A DNA stretch of 60,124 nt, from the NCBI GenBank assembly GCA_040752415.1, contig JBFMGU010000027.1, forward strand, positions 1 to 60,124. The letters are read 5' to 3'. The position numbers and the translations under genes were made by a program. Numbering within the stretch: the first letter of the stretch is position 1; every line of letters starts with the position of its first letter. The stretch is from Myxococcota bacterium (GTDB lineage Bacteria; Myxococcota; JACRCW01). The notes beneath the pieces were generated by a model. It searched no databases. It was given only the letters and a program-made list of their open reading frames with translations, and was not told the DNA's origin. Below, one piece after another: positions 47,772 through 58,114 of this stretch.

Positions 47772-49889
47772 CTACTGCTTCTCCACGATCACGAACTCCA
47801 CGCGCCGATTCGCCTCGCGTCCATTCGCGGTCTTGTTGTCCCCCACGGGGCGGTCCGGACCAAAACCCACGGCCTTCAGACGCTCCGGCTCCACGCCCTG
47901 CTTGATGAGGTAGTTCCGCACCGCATCCGCGCGCTGCTGGCTGAGCACCACGTTCTTCTCACGCTTGCCCTGGCTGTCGGTGTGGCCTTCCACCGCCACC
48001 AGCTTGATCTGCGGATTGGCCTTGATGGTCAGCGCCACCTGGTTCAGCAGGTTGAAGGAGCGCTTCTGGATCTTCGCCTTGGCCGTGTCGAAGTAGACCT
48101 TCTCCAGGATCTCCAGCTTCTGCTCGGTGACCTTCACCAGCGGCTTGGGTCCCTCGTCGGGGCAGCCGTCCTCGTCCTGCACGCCGTTGATGGTCTCCGG
48201 CTCCAGCGGGCACTTCTCCAGCGTGTCCGGCACGCCGTCCTTGTCGTTGTCCGCCTCGGGGCAGCCGTCGCCGTCCTCGTAACCATCCTTGTCCTCGGCG
48301 TCGGCGGGGCAGGCGTCCGCGCTGTCCAGGATGCCGTCCACGTCGGTGTCGCGGTCCGGGCAGCCTTCTCCCTGCGCCGCGCGCTCGGGGGGCGCCGCCT
48401 CCAACGGGCAGGCATCCAGCGGGTCGGCCACGCCATCCTCGTCGTTGTCCACGTCGGGACAGCCGTCCTCATCCTTGAACGCGTCCTTGTCCTCCGCGTC
48501 CACCGGGCACGCGTCCGCGTTGTCCAGCAGGCCGTCCTCGTCGTTGTCGGGCTCGGGGCAGCCGTCCTCGTCGTTGAAGTGGTCCCCGTCCTCCGGCTCC
48601 TCACGACACCGGTCATCCGCGTCGGGAACCCCGTCGTTGTCGACGTCGGTCTCGGGGCAGCCCTTGTTGTCCACCACGCCGGCCTGGTTGGGGCACGCAT
48701 CCCGCGGGTCCAGCACGCCGTCCCAGTCGTTGTCCGCCTCGGGACAGCCGTCGTCGTCGGAGAACTCGTCGCGGTCCTCCGCCAGGTCCGGGCACAGGTC
48801 ACGCGTGTCCGGCACGTTGTCCACGTCGTTGTCCAGCTCCGGGCACCCGTCCGCGTCGGAGAAGCCATCACGGTCCTCGGGGACCAGCTTGCAGCGGTCA
48901 TCCACGTCGGGAACGCCGTCATGGTCCACGTCGCGCACGCGGAAGCCGAAGCGCAGGCCCGAGTACACGCGCCAGTCCGGGTTCCCCACGCCGGGCAGCA
49001 CGCCCACGGACAGGCCCGTCACCCACTGCAGGCCCGGCAGCGGCTCGAACTTCAACCCGCCGCCCCACTCCAGCGTGTTCTGCGCGCGCACCGAGCGGAG
49101 CCCCGCCGTGTCCAGCGACGCACCCAGCCCCAGCGGCGTCACCAACCCCGTCGTCGCCACCAGCTCGACGAAAGGCATCAGGCGCACGTTCTTCAGGTGG
49201 TAGCTGACGTCGTAACCCAGGCCCGCGCGCAGGGTGGCCTCGTCGGAGAACGACTGCTGGCCAATGAAGCGCTCTCCGCGCAGCTTGAGACTGGCGTTGC
49301 CCAGCATGCGCAGGCCCCAGATGCTGCGACTCACCGCAATCTGCGGAGTGAACGTGGGCGCGGGCTCGCCCAGGTACGCCAGGCCCAGGCTGGTGGGCAC
49401 CGTGACGTCGGCGCTCACCGCCACGGAGACAAAGTGCAGGTCCTGTCGCAGCAGGCGCGCCTTGGTGCTGAGTCGCACGTCGCCAGGGCCCGCGGGGAAG
49501 AGCTCACGCAGCGTGTCGCCCAGCGGCATGAGCGAGGTGTCGGTGCGCAGCTGCAGCAACGTCCCCGGCGCGTAGACACCCAGGGCCACGTGGTTGAACA
49601 GGCCGAGCTGCACACCCGCTTCCGCGCCCAGCCGGTGCCCCACCAGCGCAAGGGTGCCGGTGCCACTGCGCGACTGCAGCAACACGTTCCGCGCGTAGTT
49701 CCCGTGCGCGCCGACGTTGAACTCCAGGTGCCCGGGAATCTCCGCGGTGTCGACGGAGGCAAGGCCCTCCGGGTCCAGGACCGGACGGAACCGCTCGACC
49801 GTGAAGTTCTGCGGCTCGGCCGCGCCCGCCTGGGCCGCCAGCCCCGCCACCACGACGACGGTCACCAGCCTTCGCAGCATGGTGCGCAT
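47772..49889 (-). CDS. OmpA-family outer membrane protein with thrombospondin type-3 repeats
   Basis: Signal peptide, beta-barrel region, ~8 DxDxDGxxDxxDxCP units, EGHTDSQG...NRRVEF OmpA C-domain. Confidence 0.93.
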   Translation of the reverse strand: MRTMLRRLVTVVVVAGLAAQAGAAEPQNFTVERFRPVLDPEGLASVDTAEIPGHLEFNVGAHGNYARNVLLQSRSGTGTLALVGHRLGAEAGVQLGLFNHVALGVYAPGTLLQLRTDTSLMPLGDTLRELFPAGPGDVRLSTKARLLRQDLHFVSVAVSADVTVPTSLGLAYLGEPAPTFTPQIAVSRSIWGLRMLGNASLKLRGERFIGQQSFSDEATLRAGLGYDVSYHLKNVRLMPFVELVATTGLVTPLGLGASLDTAGLRSVRAQNTLEWGGGLKFEPLPGLQWVTGLSVGVLPGVGNPDWRVYSGLRFGFRVRDVDHDGVPDVDDRCKLVPEDRDGFSDADGCPELDNDVDNVPDTRDLCPDLAEDRDEFSDDDGCPEADNDWDGVLDPRDACPNQAGVVDNKGCPETDVDNDGVPDADDRCREEPEDGDHFNDEDGCPEPDNDEDGLLDNADACPVDAEDKDAFKDEDGCPDVDNDEDGVADPLDACPLEAAPPERAAQGEGCPDRDTDVDGILDSADACPADAEDKDGYEDGDGCPEADNDKDGVPDTLEKCPLEPETINGVQDEDGCPDEGPKPLVKVTEQKLEILEKVYFDTAKAKIQKRSFNLLNQVALTIKANPQIKLVAVEGHTDSQGKREKNVVLSQQRADAVRNYLIKQGVEPERLKAVGFGPDRPVGDNKTANGREANRRVEFVIVEKQ

Positions 49890-49941
49890 GGTGGCGGCAG
49901 GTTAGCGCATGCCGGGGGTGACGGAGAGTTTTCGGCGCGGA

Positions 49942-51210
49942 TCAGTTGCAGATGTAACCGCCGTCACCCGCGGGCTGCGGCGGCTCGGCGGAGGGCGCGC
50001 ACCACACGAACACGCACCCGTAACCGGTCTGCGGACACGGAGGGCACTGGCCCGACTGGCAGTTTTCACGACACACGCCAATGCCCGAGCAGCTGTAACC
50101 GGAGCGGCACACGCTGTCGTCCTCGCACGGCGTTCCGTCGCCACCGCCACCGCCGGTGTTGTCGTTCACGCACGAACCCTCGCTGTTGCAGATCTGCGGC
50201 GCGGTGCAGTTGGCGTTGCTGCGACAACCCGGACGGCACGTGAGACTGCTGGCGTGGCAGAACTGCGTGGCGGGGCAGTCATTGTGGCTGGTGCAGGTGG
50301 TGGCGCCGGAGGGGCCGCAGGTTCCGTCGGCGCGACAGGTCTCATTGGCCCCGCAGGTGATGCCGCCGTTGGTGCACGTGGGCGCCTGGCAGTAGCCGGC
50401 GGTGGCATTGCAGTAGCTGAACGGCGCCACGCACGGGCTCGGGGTGGCCGGGCACGACGGGGAGCGCTTGCAGGTCACCGCGGCCACGTCGCAGGCCAGG
50501 TCGAACGCGTCGCAGTCGGACTGCTTCTGGCACGGCGGAGAGGTCTTGCAGCGACCGGGGTTCTGCGTGGTGTCGCAGTAGGTGCCCGCCGCGCAGTCTG
50601 TGGCCTCGGTGGCCAAGGTGCAGGTGGGCGTGGGCGTGCACTTGCGCTCCGGGTTGCAGGTGCAGCCGTTGGTGCACTGGCTCTTGCCCGCGCAGTCCGC
50701 GTCCACCGAGCACTCCGGCGTGGGGTCAAAGCAGGTGTGCGTGAAGCCGTTGCACTGCTGCGGGCCCGGGCAGTCGTCGGGGCGGTTGCACTGGGCGGGC
50801 GGCGGCACGCACACGCCGTCGCGGCAGATGTTGGTGTTGGGCGGGTTGGTGCAGTCCGCCTTGGTGGCGCAGGAGCCCACCTCGTCACGGCCGCGGCAGA
50901 CGCCGTCCAGGCACAGCTTGTCGTCGGTGCAGCCGGTGCTGTCGCGACAGCCCACCTGGCAATAGCCCTGCGCGGTGCAGAACTCGTTGGGGTCGCACAC
51001 GTCGTCGGTGGAGCAGGGGCGCTGGCACAGGCCGGCCACGCACTCGTCAAACTCGTCAATGGCCTTGCAGTCCTCATTGGTGATGCAGGTTGCCAACCCG
51101 CTGCCAGCGTCTCCGGGGGTCTGCGTCCCCGTGGTGGTGAGACAACCGTGCAGGGCCGCCGCGGTTCCACCCAGCAGCAGCGCGCACACCAACGACCAGA
51201 CACGAGCCAT
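49942..51210 (-). CDS. Cys-rich repeat lipoprotein (CxxxxDC units)
   Basis: Lipobox LHGC; many CxxDxDCxxxxxCxxGxC repeats. Confidence 0.8.
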   Translation of the reverse strand: MARVWSLVCALLLGGTAAALHGCLTTTGTQTPGDAGSGLATCITNEDCKAIDEFDECVAGLCQRPCSTDDVCDPNEFCTAQGYCQVGCRDSTGCTDDKLCLDGVCRGRDEVGSCATKADCTNPPNTNICRDGVCVPPPAQCNRPDDCPGPQQCNGFTHTCFDPTPECSVDADCAGKSQCTNGCTCNPERKCTPTPTCTLATEATDCAAGTYCDTTQNPGRCKTSPPCQKQSDCDAFDLACDVAAVTCKRSPSCPATPSPCVAPFSYCNATAGYCQAPTCTNGGITCGANETCRADGTCGPSGATTCTSHNDCPATQFCHASSLTCRPGCRSNANCTAPQICNSEGSCVNDNTGGGGGDGTPCEDDSVCRSGYSCSGIGVCRENCQSGQCPPCPQTGYGCVFVWCAPSAEPPQPAGDGGYICN

Positions 51211-51377
51211 GTGCAACTCCAAAGCGGGCCCATTCCCGGGGCCCAAGGGAGCGACAGCCTAGCCGCTTGCGCAAAACCCTCAAGTTCACGGCAAGGGTAC
51301 CGGGCACGGAGACCGTGGCGGCGGAGGCGGCGGCCCCGTAGAAGGACGCTCCCGCGCGCAAGCGGCCTGGACCCGGC

Positions 51378-53315
51378 ATGATTCCCGTCGACGAACAGCT
51401 CACCACCCTGGAACGTCTGCTGCAGTTGGAGCGAAGCGCGGAGGAGCAGGCCCTGCGGGAGGAGCGGGCCAATGTGCCGCTGGCGTCGCAGGAGGCGGAC
51501 GGCGTGCTGATGCGCCATCTCACCGTGGCGGAGGAGGGACCGGCGGCGGGCGGGTTGTGGTCGCTCACGCTGCAGCGCTCCGACGGAGGCCCCCTCCCCG
51601 CCTTCCGCGGCCGCCCCGGCGACCCCGTGGCGCTGGGCGGGCCCGAGGTGCTCGCCGAGAGCCAACGCACCGGCAGCGTGCAGGCCGTGCTGCACCGGAT
51701 CGACGCCACGCGACTGACCCTCACCCTGGATCCGCGCGCCGCCGAGAATCTCCCGTCGCAGAAGCTGGCGGTGTGGCCGGAGGGGACACCGGTCACCTTC
51801 GAGCGGGCCATGGCCGGCATCCGGCGCATGCGCGTCACCACCGGTCGCACCGCGCACCTGCGCGACGTCATCCTGGGCGTGCGTGATCCCGAGCCCTCCC
51901 ACGCGCTGAAGTCCCCGCCCGCCCTCACCCACCTCAACGACGCGCAACGCGAAGCCGTGCTGGGCGCCCTGTCCGCGCCCGACGTGTTCCTCATCCACGG
52001 CCCGCCCGGCACGGGGAAGACCACCACCGCCGCCACGCTCGCCCTGGAGGCGCTGCAGGCCGGCCAGCGCGTGCTGCTGTGCGCCCCCTCCAACACCGGC
52101 GCCGACGAGCTCACCCGCGCCCTGCTCGCTCGCGGCGGCAAGGTGCTGCGCGTGGGCCACCCCGCCCGCGTGGATGAGTCCCTCCACGACGCGCTGCTCC
52201 TCAACGCCATCCGCGGCCATGAGCGCTACCGGGTGGCGCAGGATCTGATCCGTCAGGCGGAGAACCTGCGCACGCGGTCGGGGCAGTCGCGGAAGTCCGC
52301 GGCGGATGCACGCGCGGAGCGGCGGGAACGCGCGACGGAATGGCGTGCGATGATCGCGGATGCGCGCAAGCTCATCAGCCAGGCGGAAGAGGAGGTGATG
52401 CGCAAGGCGCGCGCGGTTTCCGCCACCCTGACCGTGTGTGGCGGCCCGGATCTCGTCGACGAGGAGTTCGATCTCGCCATCCTCGACGAGGCCTCGCAGG
52501 CCGTCACGCCGCTGTGTTTCCTCGCGCTGGGACTGTGTCAGCGCCTGGTCCTCGTTGGTGACCACAAGCAGCTTCCGCCCACGGTGGTCTCGCCGGAAGC
52601 GGAGCGTGGTGGCCTCGGTCGCACCATCTTCGACGCACGCCACGAGGACGGCCGCATCCCGGGTCGCATGCTCACGGTGCAGCACCGCATGCACCAGTCG
52701 CTGATGACGTTCCCTTCCGCGCACACCTACGCGGGCCGCTTGACCGCACATCCCCACGTCGCGGGGCGGGGACTGGAGAACGTGCTGGGGCGCACGCTGG
52801 AGGAGCTGCTCTCGGGGCCGCTCACGTTCGTGGACACCGCGGGCACCGGCTTCTCCGACGAGCAGCCCCCCGGCTCCACCTCCTGGCGCAATGAGGGCGA
52901 GGCGCGACTGTGTGCCCTGCTGGTGCGCAAGCTCATTGACGCGGGCCTCACGCCCATACAGGTGGCGGTGATTGCGCCGTACAGCGCCCAGGTGGACACG
53001 CTGCGTGATCTGTTGGCGACGGAAGTGCGCGCCGGGCTGGAAGTGGACAGCGTGGACGCGTTCCAGGGCCGGGAGAAGGAAGCGGTGGTGGTGGGCCTGA
53101 CGCGCAGCAATGAGCAGGGTGAGATCGGCTTCGTGGCGGATGGGAGGCGGTTGAACGTGGCCATCACGCGCGCGCGGGCCAAGCTGTTTGTCGTCGGGGA
53201 CAGCGCCACGGTGGGAGCGCGGGGACACGGTGCGGCCCTGGTGGAACACGCCCAGCGCAACAACGCGTATCTCAGCGCCTATGCGTTGGAAGACTTCAGC
53301 GCGATCTCTGCTTGA
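51378..53315 (+). CDS. Superfamily 1 helicase, UPF1/IGHMBP2/DNA2-NAM7 family
   Basis: GPPGTGKTT, DEASQ, VGDHKQLPP, QHRM, SVDAFQGREKE and RRLNVAITRAR. Confidence 0.93.
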   Translation: MIPVDEQLTTLERLLQLERSAEEQALREERANVPLASQEADGVLMRHLTVAEEGPAAGGLWSLTLQRSDGGPLPAFRGRPGDPVALGGPEVLAESQRTGSVQAVLHRIDATRLTLTLDPRAAENLPSQKLAVWPEGTPVTFERAMAGIRRMRVTTGRTAHLRDVILGVRDPEPSHALKSPPALTHLNDAQREAVLGALSAPDVFLIHGPPGTGKTTTAATLALEALQAGQRVLLCAPSNTGADELTRALLARGGKVLRVGHPARVDESLHDALLLNAIRGHERYRVAQDLIRQAENLRTRSGQSRKSAADARAERRERATEWRAMIADARKLISQAEEEVMRKARAVSATLTVCGGPDLVDEEFDLAILDEASQAVTPLCFLALGLCQRLVLVGDHKQLPPTVVSPEAERGGLGRTIFDARHEDGRIPGRMLTVQHRMHQSLMTFPSAHTYAGRLTAHPHVAGRGLENVLGRTLEELLSGPLTFVDTAGTGFSDEQPPGSTSWRNEGEARLCALLVRKLIDAGLTPIQVAVIAPYSAQVDTLRDLLATEVRAGLEVDSVDAFQGREKEAVVVGLTRSNEQGEIGFVADGRRLNVAITRARAKLFVVGDSATVGARGHGAALVEHAQRNNAYLSAYALEDFSAISA

Positions 53316-53350
53316 CGCACACTCGGCCCGTCCTCAACGATGCACCCACG

Positions 53351-53851
53351 ATGAGCACCGTCTTGCGTGGACCCACCTCCCTCTCCTGCCTGCTGGCCGC
53401 GGCGCTGCTGCTCTCGGCGGGCTGCAAGGACAAGAAGCCCGAGACGGCGGCTCCGGAGCCCTCCGCGCCTGCCGCCCCGGAGGCCGCGCCGGCTGCTGCG
53501 CCCTCGCCCCCGGCGGAGCCCACCGCTGCGGCACCCGCGGAAGCCGCACCCGCCGCCGCGCCTGCGGAGCCCGCTGCCGCCGCGCCCGAAGTGAACATCG
53601 GCAAGAGCGAGGAGCTGCGTTTCGTGGAGGCCACGTCGCAGATCCTGTGTTTTGAGCGCGAGAAGAAGCGCCAGCCCAAGGACAAGGAGCGTGCGGCCAT
53701 CCTCGCGGAGCACGGCTTCAAGGGGAAAGCGGGTGAGGAGGCGTACACCCAGCTCAACCTGCGCGGTGACCGCGACAAGGAATGGGGCAAGCGCATCCTG
53801 GACAAGATCAAGTTCGAGATGGACGAGCGGTGTCCGTTGAAGAAGAAGTGA
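53351..53851 (+). CDS. Hypothetical lipoprotein with Ala/Pro linker
   Basis: Lipobox SAGC; PEAAP linker; stop overlaps the next start (GTGA). Confidence 0.75.
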   Translation: MSTVLRGPTSLSCLLAAALLLSAGCKDKKPETAAPEPSAPAAPEAAPAAAPSPPAEPTAAAPAEAAPAAAPAEPAAAAPEVNIGKSEELRFVEATSQILCFEREKKRQPKDKERAAILAEHGFKGKAGEEAYTQLNLRGDRDKEWGKRILDKIKFEMDERCPLKKK

Positions 53852-55818
53852 CGGATCACTCGCGCGCGCAGCTGGCGGTGCTGGCCGCGTTGCTGGCGCT
53901 GCTGGGTGTCTCGCTGCGTACCCCGTGGGCGGAGAACCTCCCGCTCGCGCCCATCCTCATCGCCGTTGTCATCCTCGGGGTGTGCCACTTCGTGGGGCTC
54001 GCGCTCGTCGCGTTGATTCTCGGGGAGCGTCTTTCCGAGGTCACCCTGCCCTTCCGCACCGCGCTCGCGCTCGCCCTCGGCATGACCGTGGTCAGCACGA
54101 CGATGTCAGCGCTGGCAGGCCTGCAGCTCCTGTCGACGGGACCGATGTTCTTCGTCCTCGCGCTGCTCGGTGTCGGCGGTTTCCTGGGATGTCGTGTGAA
54201 GGACGTGCGGATGACGGGCGTGGGCTCCGCGCTCGTCGACACGCTGTGGCGTTCCGCGCCCCACCCGCTGCTCGCGCTGGTGGCCGCGGCGTTCTTCGCG
54301 CTGGCTTTCGTCGCGGCGCTGGCGCCCCCGCTCTATTACGACGCGCTCGTCTACCACCACGCCCTTCCCCGCCTGTACCTGGACCACGGCGGTTTCACGA
54401 CGCTACCCGGCCTCATCTACTCCAACTTCCCGCTGCTCCTGGAGATGCTGTCCGCCCCTGCCATCGCCATCGACGCCACCGGGGTGGCCGCCAACCTGCT
54501 GAACACCTCGTTGCTCTTCATCCTCGTCGTGACGGTGCTGGAGCTGGGGACTCGCCTCGGCGACCGTCGCACTGGCTGGCTCGCGGCCTTCCTCGCGCTC
54601 AGCTGTCCCACGCTGCTCACCGTGGGCGCGCTCCCCACCAGCGACCTCGCGGTCTCGGCGTTCGGCGCGCTCTCCGTCGCCACGCTGCTGCGCCGTCGTG
54701 ACACCGGGCTGCGTTGGCTGGTGCTGGGCGGTCTCGTCGCGGGTGCGGCCGTGGCGAGCAAGAGCATCTCCACCGCGTTGGTGCTTCCCGTGGTGGTGCT
54801 GGTGGTGCTCGCGCAGCCGGTGGCGCCGGTTTCTCGTCGGGTGATGCACGCCGCGGGCGTGGGCGTGGTGGCGCTGCTGGTGAACCTGCCCATGTACGTG
54901 AAGAACGCGCTCCTCGCCGGCAATCCGGTGATGCCCGCGCTCTTTGACGTGCTGGGCGGTCGTCACTGGACTCCGGAGCAGCACGCCCAACTCATGCGCG
55001 ACGCGCACCAGGCCCCGCTCACCGTCGATCACGCGCTGCAATTCCCCATGACGCTGCTGGAGTACCTCACCGCTCCCACCGGCGCCCTCGACGGAACCTA
55101 CGTGGGCGTGCTCTTCCCGGTGCTGCTCGTTCCCGCGTTTGTCGTCGGCGGCGGGCTGGCGCGACGGCTGGCGGTGGTGGCGTTGGTGCAGGCGCTGCTG
55201 TGGCACTTCACGTTTCCGCAGGCGCGCTTCGTGGGGCCCATGGCGGTGACGTTGGCGCTCTTGTGCGCGTTGGGCCTGCGTGCAGTGCTGGGCGTGCGTT
55301 GGGTGGGTGGCGTCGTCGTGGGATTGGCGGCGTTGTCCAACCTCTCCTCCGCCTACGGCACCATCTCCTGGTGGCAGGGCGAGTTCCTCCCGGTCTCGCT
55401 GGGCCTGATGGACCGCGACACGTACCTCGCCAACCGGCTGGAATACGTGCAGGCCGTCCCCGCCGCGCGACAAGCGCTCAAGCCCGGCCAGAAGCTCCTC
55501 ATGTTCGGCGAGGGCCGCAGCTTCCACATGGACGTGCCGCTCATTCCCACCAGCGCCCTCGACGTCAGCCCGCTCCGCCCCATCCTGCAGACCTCGCAGA
55601 ACGCGCGGGAGGTGCAGCAGAAGCTCACGGAGCTGGGCGTGGGCGCCATCCTGCTGCGCCCCGGTGAGCTGGCGCGCCTGGCCAATTTCTCCACCACCTG
55701 GCAGCTCTCTCCGACGGAAAAGCAGCTGCTGGACGCGCTGTTGAGCGAGCGCGCCACGCTGACCTTCAAGTCGCAGAGCGGGATGACCTACCTGTTCGTG
55801 CTGAAGGATGAGCCCTGA
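53848..55818 (+). CDS. GT-C fold (ArnT/PMT, GT39-like) integral membrane glycosyltransferase
   Basis: YDALVYHHALPRLY...YSNFPLLLE, many TMs, KNALLAGNPVMP. Confidence 0.75.
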   Translation: MTDHSRAQLAVLAALLALLGVSLRTPWAENLPLAPILIAVVILGVCHFVGLALVALILGERLSEVTLPFRTALALALGMTVVSTTMSALAGLQLLSTGPMFFVLALLGVGGFLGCRVKDVRMTGVGSALVDTLWRSAPHPLLALVAAAFFALAFVAALAPPLYYDALVYHHALPRLYLDHGGFTTLPGLIYSNFPLLLEMLSAPAIAIDATGVAANLLNTSLLFILVVTVLELGTRLGDRRTGWLAAFLALSCPTLLTVGALPTSDLAVSAFGALSVATLLRRRDTGLRWLVLGGLVAGAAVASKSISTALVLPVVVLVVLAQPVAPVSRRVMHAAGVGVVALLVNLPMYVKNALLAGNPVMPALFDVLGGRHWTPEQHAQLMRDAHQAPLTVDHALQFPMTLLEYLTAPTGALDGTYVGVLFPVLLVPAFVVGGGLARRLAVVALVQALLWHFTFPQARFVGPMAVTLALLCALGLRAVLGVRWVGGVVVGLAALSNLSSAYGTISWWQGEFLPVSLGLMDRDTYLANRLEYVQAVPAARQALKPGQKLLMFGEGRSFHMDVPLIPTSALDVSPLRPILQTSQNAREVQQKLTELGVGAILLRPGELARLANFSTTWQLSPTEKQLLDALLSERATLTFKSQSGMTYLFVLKDEP

Positions 55819-58005
55819 TCACATGCCGGGACGGAAGCGCCACATCCCCTCGCCCACCGTGCCGAACAAGATGCCGCCGCTCCCCGCCTCGGGAGCCAGC
55901 CCCAGCACGGCGGGAACGCCCACGTCCAGCGCCTGGAACGTGGCGCCGTCGTTGTAGCTGACCCACGTGCTGGCCACGCCCGGGCTCTGCGGCACACCCG
56001 CCGCCACCAGGACGCGACCCACGTACGCCAGCGTCATCACCTTCAACCCGTCAATGCTGCCGCCCGTCGACCACTCCGCGCCCTCATTGGACGTCCGGAA
56101 CACCCGACCGCGCTCGGTGATGACCACGCGCAGGTTCGCGTCGGCGGAGGGGATGGCCAGACCGGCCACGGCGTCATCCGCGGCAATTCCCGTCGGATTC
56201 CATGCGGACATGGGTGCGGCGAAGAAATTGTCGGTCCGGTAGAGCGTGAAGCGCTGCGCGCCCGCCTCGTGACGAAGGGAGGCGGGGGCCAGGACCACGT
56301 AGGCCACGTCGTCGTTGCTGGGGTGGAAGGCCACCTGCCAGGGCACCAGGCTCACGGTGTTGGGGACCTGCGCCAGCGTCGTGCCGCGGTCGGTGCTGCG
56401 GTGGATCGACGCCGTGCCGTCCATCACGCCCACCACCAGCCGCTCCGCCACGCGCGGGTGCGTGGCCACGAAGAACGCGTTGGCCGCGTTGGCGTCGGAC
56501 CACGTCGTGGCCTCGGCGTCCTGCCGCTTGAGCGAGCCCACCGCGGCATACGCCGTCCCGTCGACGCCAAGGGCCACCGCCACCGGCCCCAGCACCCCGG
56601 GTAGCTCCGCCGCCGTGCCCAGCGCGGTCTCCTCGGAAACCACCGCCGGGTCCGTCTCACCACGCCCCGAGAACACGCGCGGGAATGAGCCCTCCGACGT
56701 CTCCACCACGCACCCCAGCAGCACGCGCCCCGTCCGCGCCGCCACCGAGGAACAGCGATGCGCACTGCGCAGCCCCGAGGCCGAAGCCTGCGCCTGCAGC
56801 TCGGCGTGCGGCAGCCCCAGCACCGGGATCACCCCCGCGCCCTGCGTCGCCACGACGAGACCCGGCTCCACGCCGCGCAGCGCCAACGCCGCCGTGGGTT
56901 GCGCGCCGGGGCTGAGCGCCAGCACACGCGAGAATGAGGCCACCGGACGGCCCGCGGTCCCTCCGTCGCGCACGCCTCCGTCGGTCGTGGTGGCGCCGCC
57001 CGGCTGACCGCGGTGGATGCCGTCCGCCGCCACCACCAACACCTCGCTGCCGCGCACCACCAGGCCGCCCTCGGGCACCGCCTGCGCCAGGTCCGCCAGC
57101 TGCGCCGCCGACTGCACCACGCGCGAGACCTTCCCGTCGGGCTGCGCGATGATGAACGCGCCCGGGTCCACGGGGTCGGCCACCACGGCGTGGACCACCA
57201 GCGTGTTGAGGCTCTGGCTGCTCCCGTCGGCGCGGATGCGCAACAGGCCGCGGTCGGTGGCGGCCAAGTGCTCGTTGTTGTGCCAGGCCACGTCGTGGAC
57301 GGTCTCACTGGCCGCGCCCAGCCGGGTGAAGTTGGCGCCCTGGTCCTGGCTCAGCCACAGTCCGCCGGTCTCCACCGCGCCGCCGTCGCGCCCGGTGGTC
57401 GTCGTCGTGGCGGTGCCCAGCGCGTAGAGCCACCCGGGATGCTGCGGCTCGGCCACCAGGCGACGCACCAGCACCCCCGACAGGCCCGCGGCCGCCTCCC
57501 ACGTCGCTCCACGGTTGACGCTGCGCCACGCGCCCGCGCCCAGCCCGTCGGCCACCACCACCACGTCGGGGTTTTCCAGCGCCGCACCCACCACCGGACG
57601 CAGCACCTCGTCGGGGAGCGCCACGCGCTCGAAGCTCACGCCTCCGTTCCCGGAGCGGAACAGCGCGCCGTACTCGTCGCCGGCGGCGTAGAGAACCTCG
57701 CCACCGCCGCTCTGGGCCAAGGAGCGGATGCGGCCCCCGGAGGGCCCCAGCGCCTCCACCGTCGCGCCGTCCAGCTGGAGCGTCCCCGCGTCGGTGACCA
57801 CGACCGCACCGTCGGTGCCCGCCGCGTCCCGGCCCGCTGCGTCGCCCACCGCGCCGTCCAGGGACACCGTGCCGCCGTCGCCCTCGCCGGGCCGCGGCGT
57901 GGCGCTGCCGCCGGGCAGCGGCGGGCAGGCCAGCGTGAAGGTGAGGCTGCCCAGCACCAGGGCGGAAGCGAGGGGACGACGGGGAAGGGTCATGGGCATG
58001 CGCAT
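55819..58005 (-). CDS. BNR/Asp-box repeat beta-propeller lipoprotein
   Basis: Lipobox TLAC-PP; repeated S.(D/N).G.(T/S)(W/F) Asp-boxes; start uncertain (57993-58005). Confidence 0.78.
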   Translation of the reverse strand: MRMPMTLPRRPLASALVLGSLTFTLACPPLPGGSATPRPGEGDGGTVSLDGAVGDAAGRDAAGTDGAVVVTDAGTLQLDGATVEALGPSGGRIRSLAQSGGGEVLYAAGDEYGALFRSGNGGVSFERVALPDEVLRPVVGAALENPDVVVVADGLGAGAWRSVNRGATWEAAAGLSGVLVRRLVAEPQHPGWLYALGTATTTTTGRDGGAVETGGLWLSQDQGANFTRLGAASETVHDVAWHNNEHLAATDRGLLRIRADGSSQSLNTLVVHAVVADPVDPGAFIIAQPDGKVSRVVQSAAQLADLAQAVPEGGLVVRGSEVLVVAADGIHRGQPGGATTTDGGVRDGGTAGRPVASFSRVLALSPGAQPTAALALRGVEPGLVVATQGAGVIPVLGLPHAELQAQASASGLRSAHRCSSVAARTGRVLLGCVVETSEGSFPRVFSGRGETDPAVVSEETALGTAAELPGVLGPVAVALGVDGTAYAAVGSLKRQDAEATTWSDANAANAFFVATHPRVAERLVVGVMDGTASIHRSTDRGTTLAQVPNTVSLVPWQVAFHPSNDDVAYVVLAPASLRHEAGAQRFTLYRTDNFFAAPMSAWNPTGIAADDAVAGLAIPSADANLRVVITERGRVFRTSNEGAEWSTGGSIDGLKVMTLAYVGRVLVAAGVPQSPGVASTWVSYNDGATFQALDVGVPAVLGLAPEAGSGGILFGTVGEGMWRFRPGM

Positions 58006-58114
58006 GGGAGAGGCAACCTGGGGTGAGACGGGTCCCGCATCAAACGCATCCGGGGCGGGCCTTGCAAGCTCCCGGACGTGCATCTCTGGGCTGACGAGGA
58101 CACGGCATCCGTGA

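Noticed and set aside
48160..48940. Regularly spaced GGGCAGCCGTC repeats as a possible CRISPR array
   Set aside because: They encode the DGCP motif of TSP3 repeats inside the OmpA gene; no cas genes present
46724..53315. WYL regulator plus SF1 helicase as an anti-phage defence island
   Set aside because: The genes are separated by OmpA and a Cys-rich lipoprotein, with no nuclease, effector or mobility genes and no visible compositional shift
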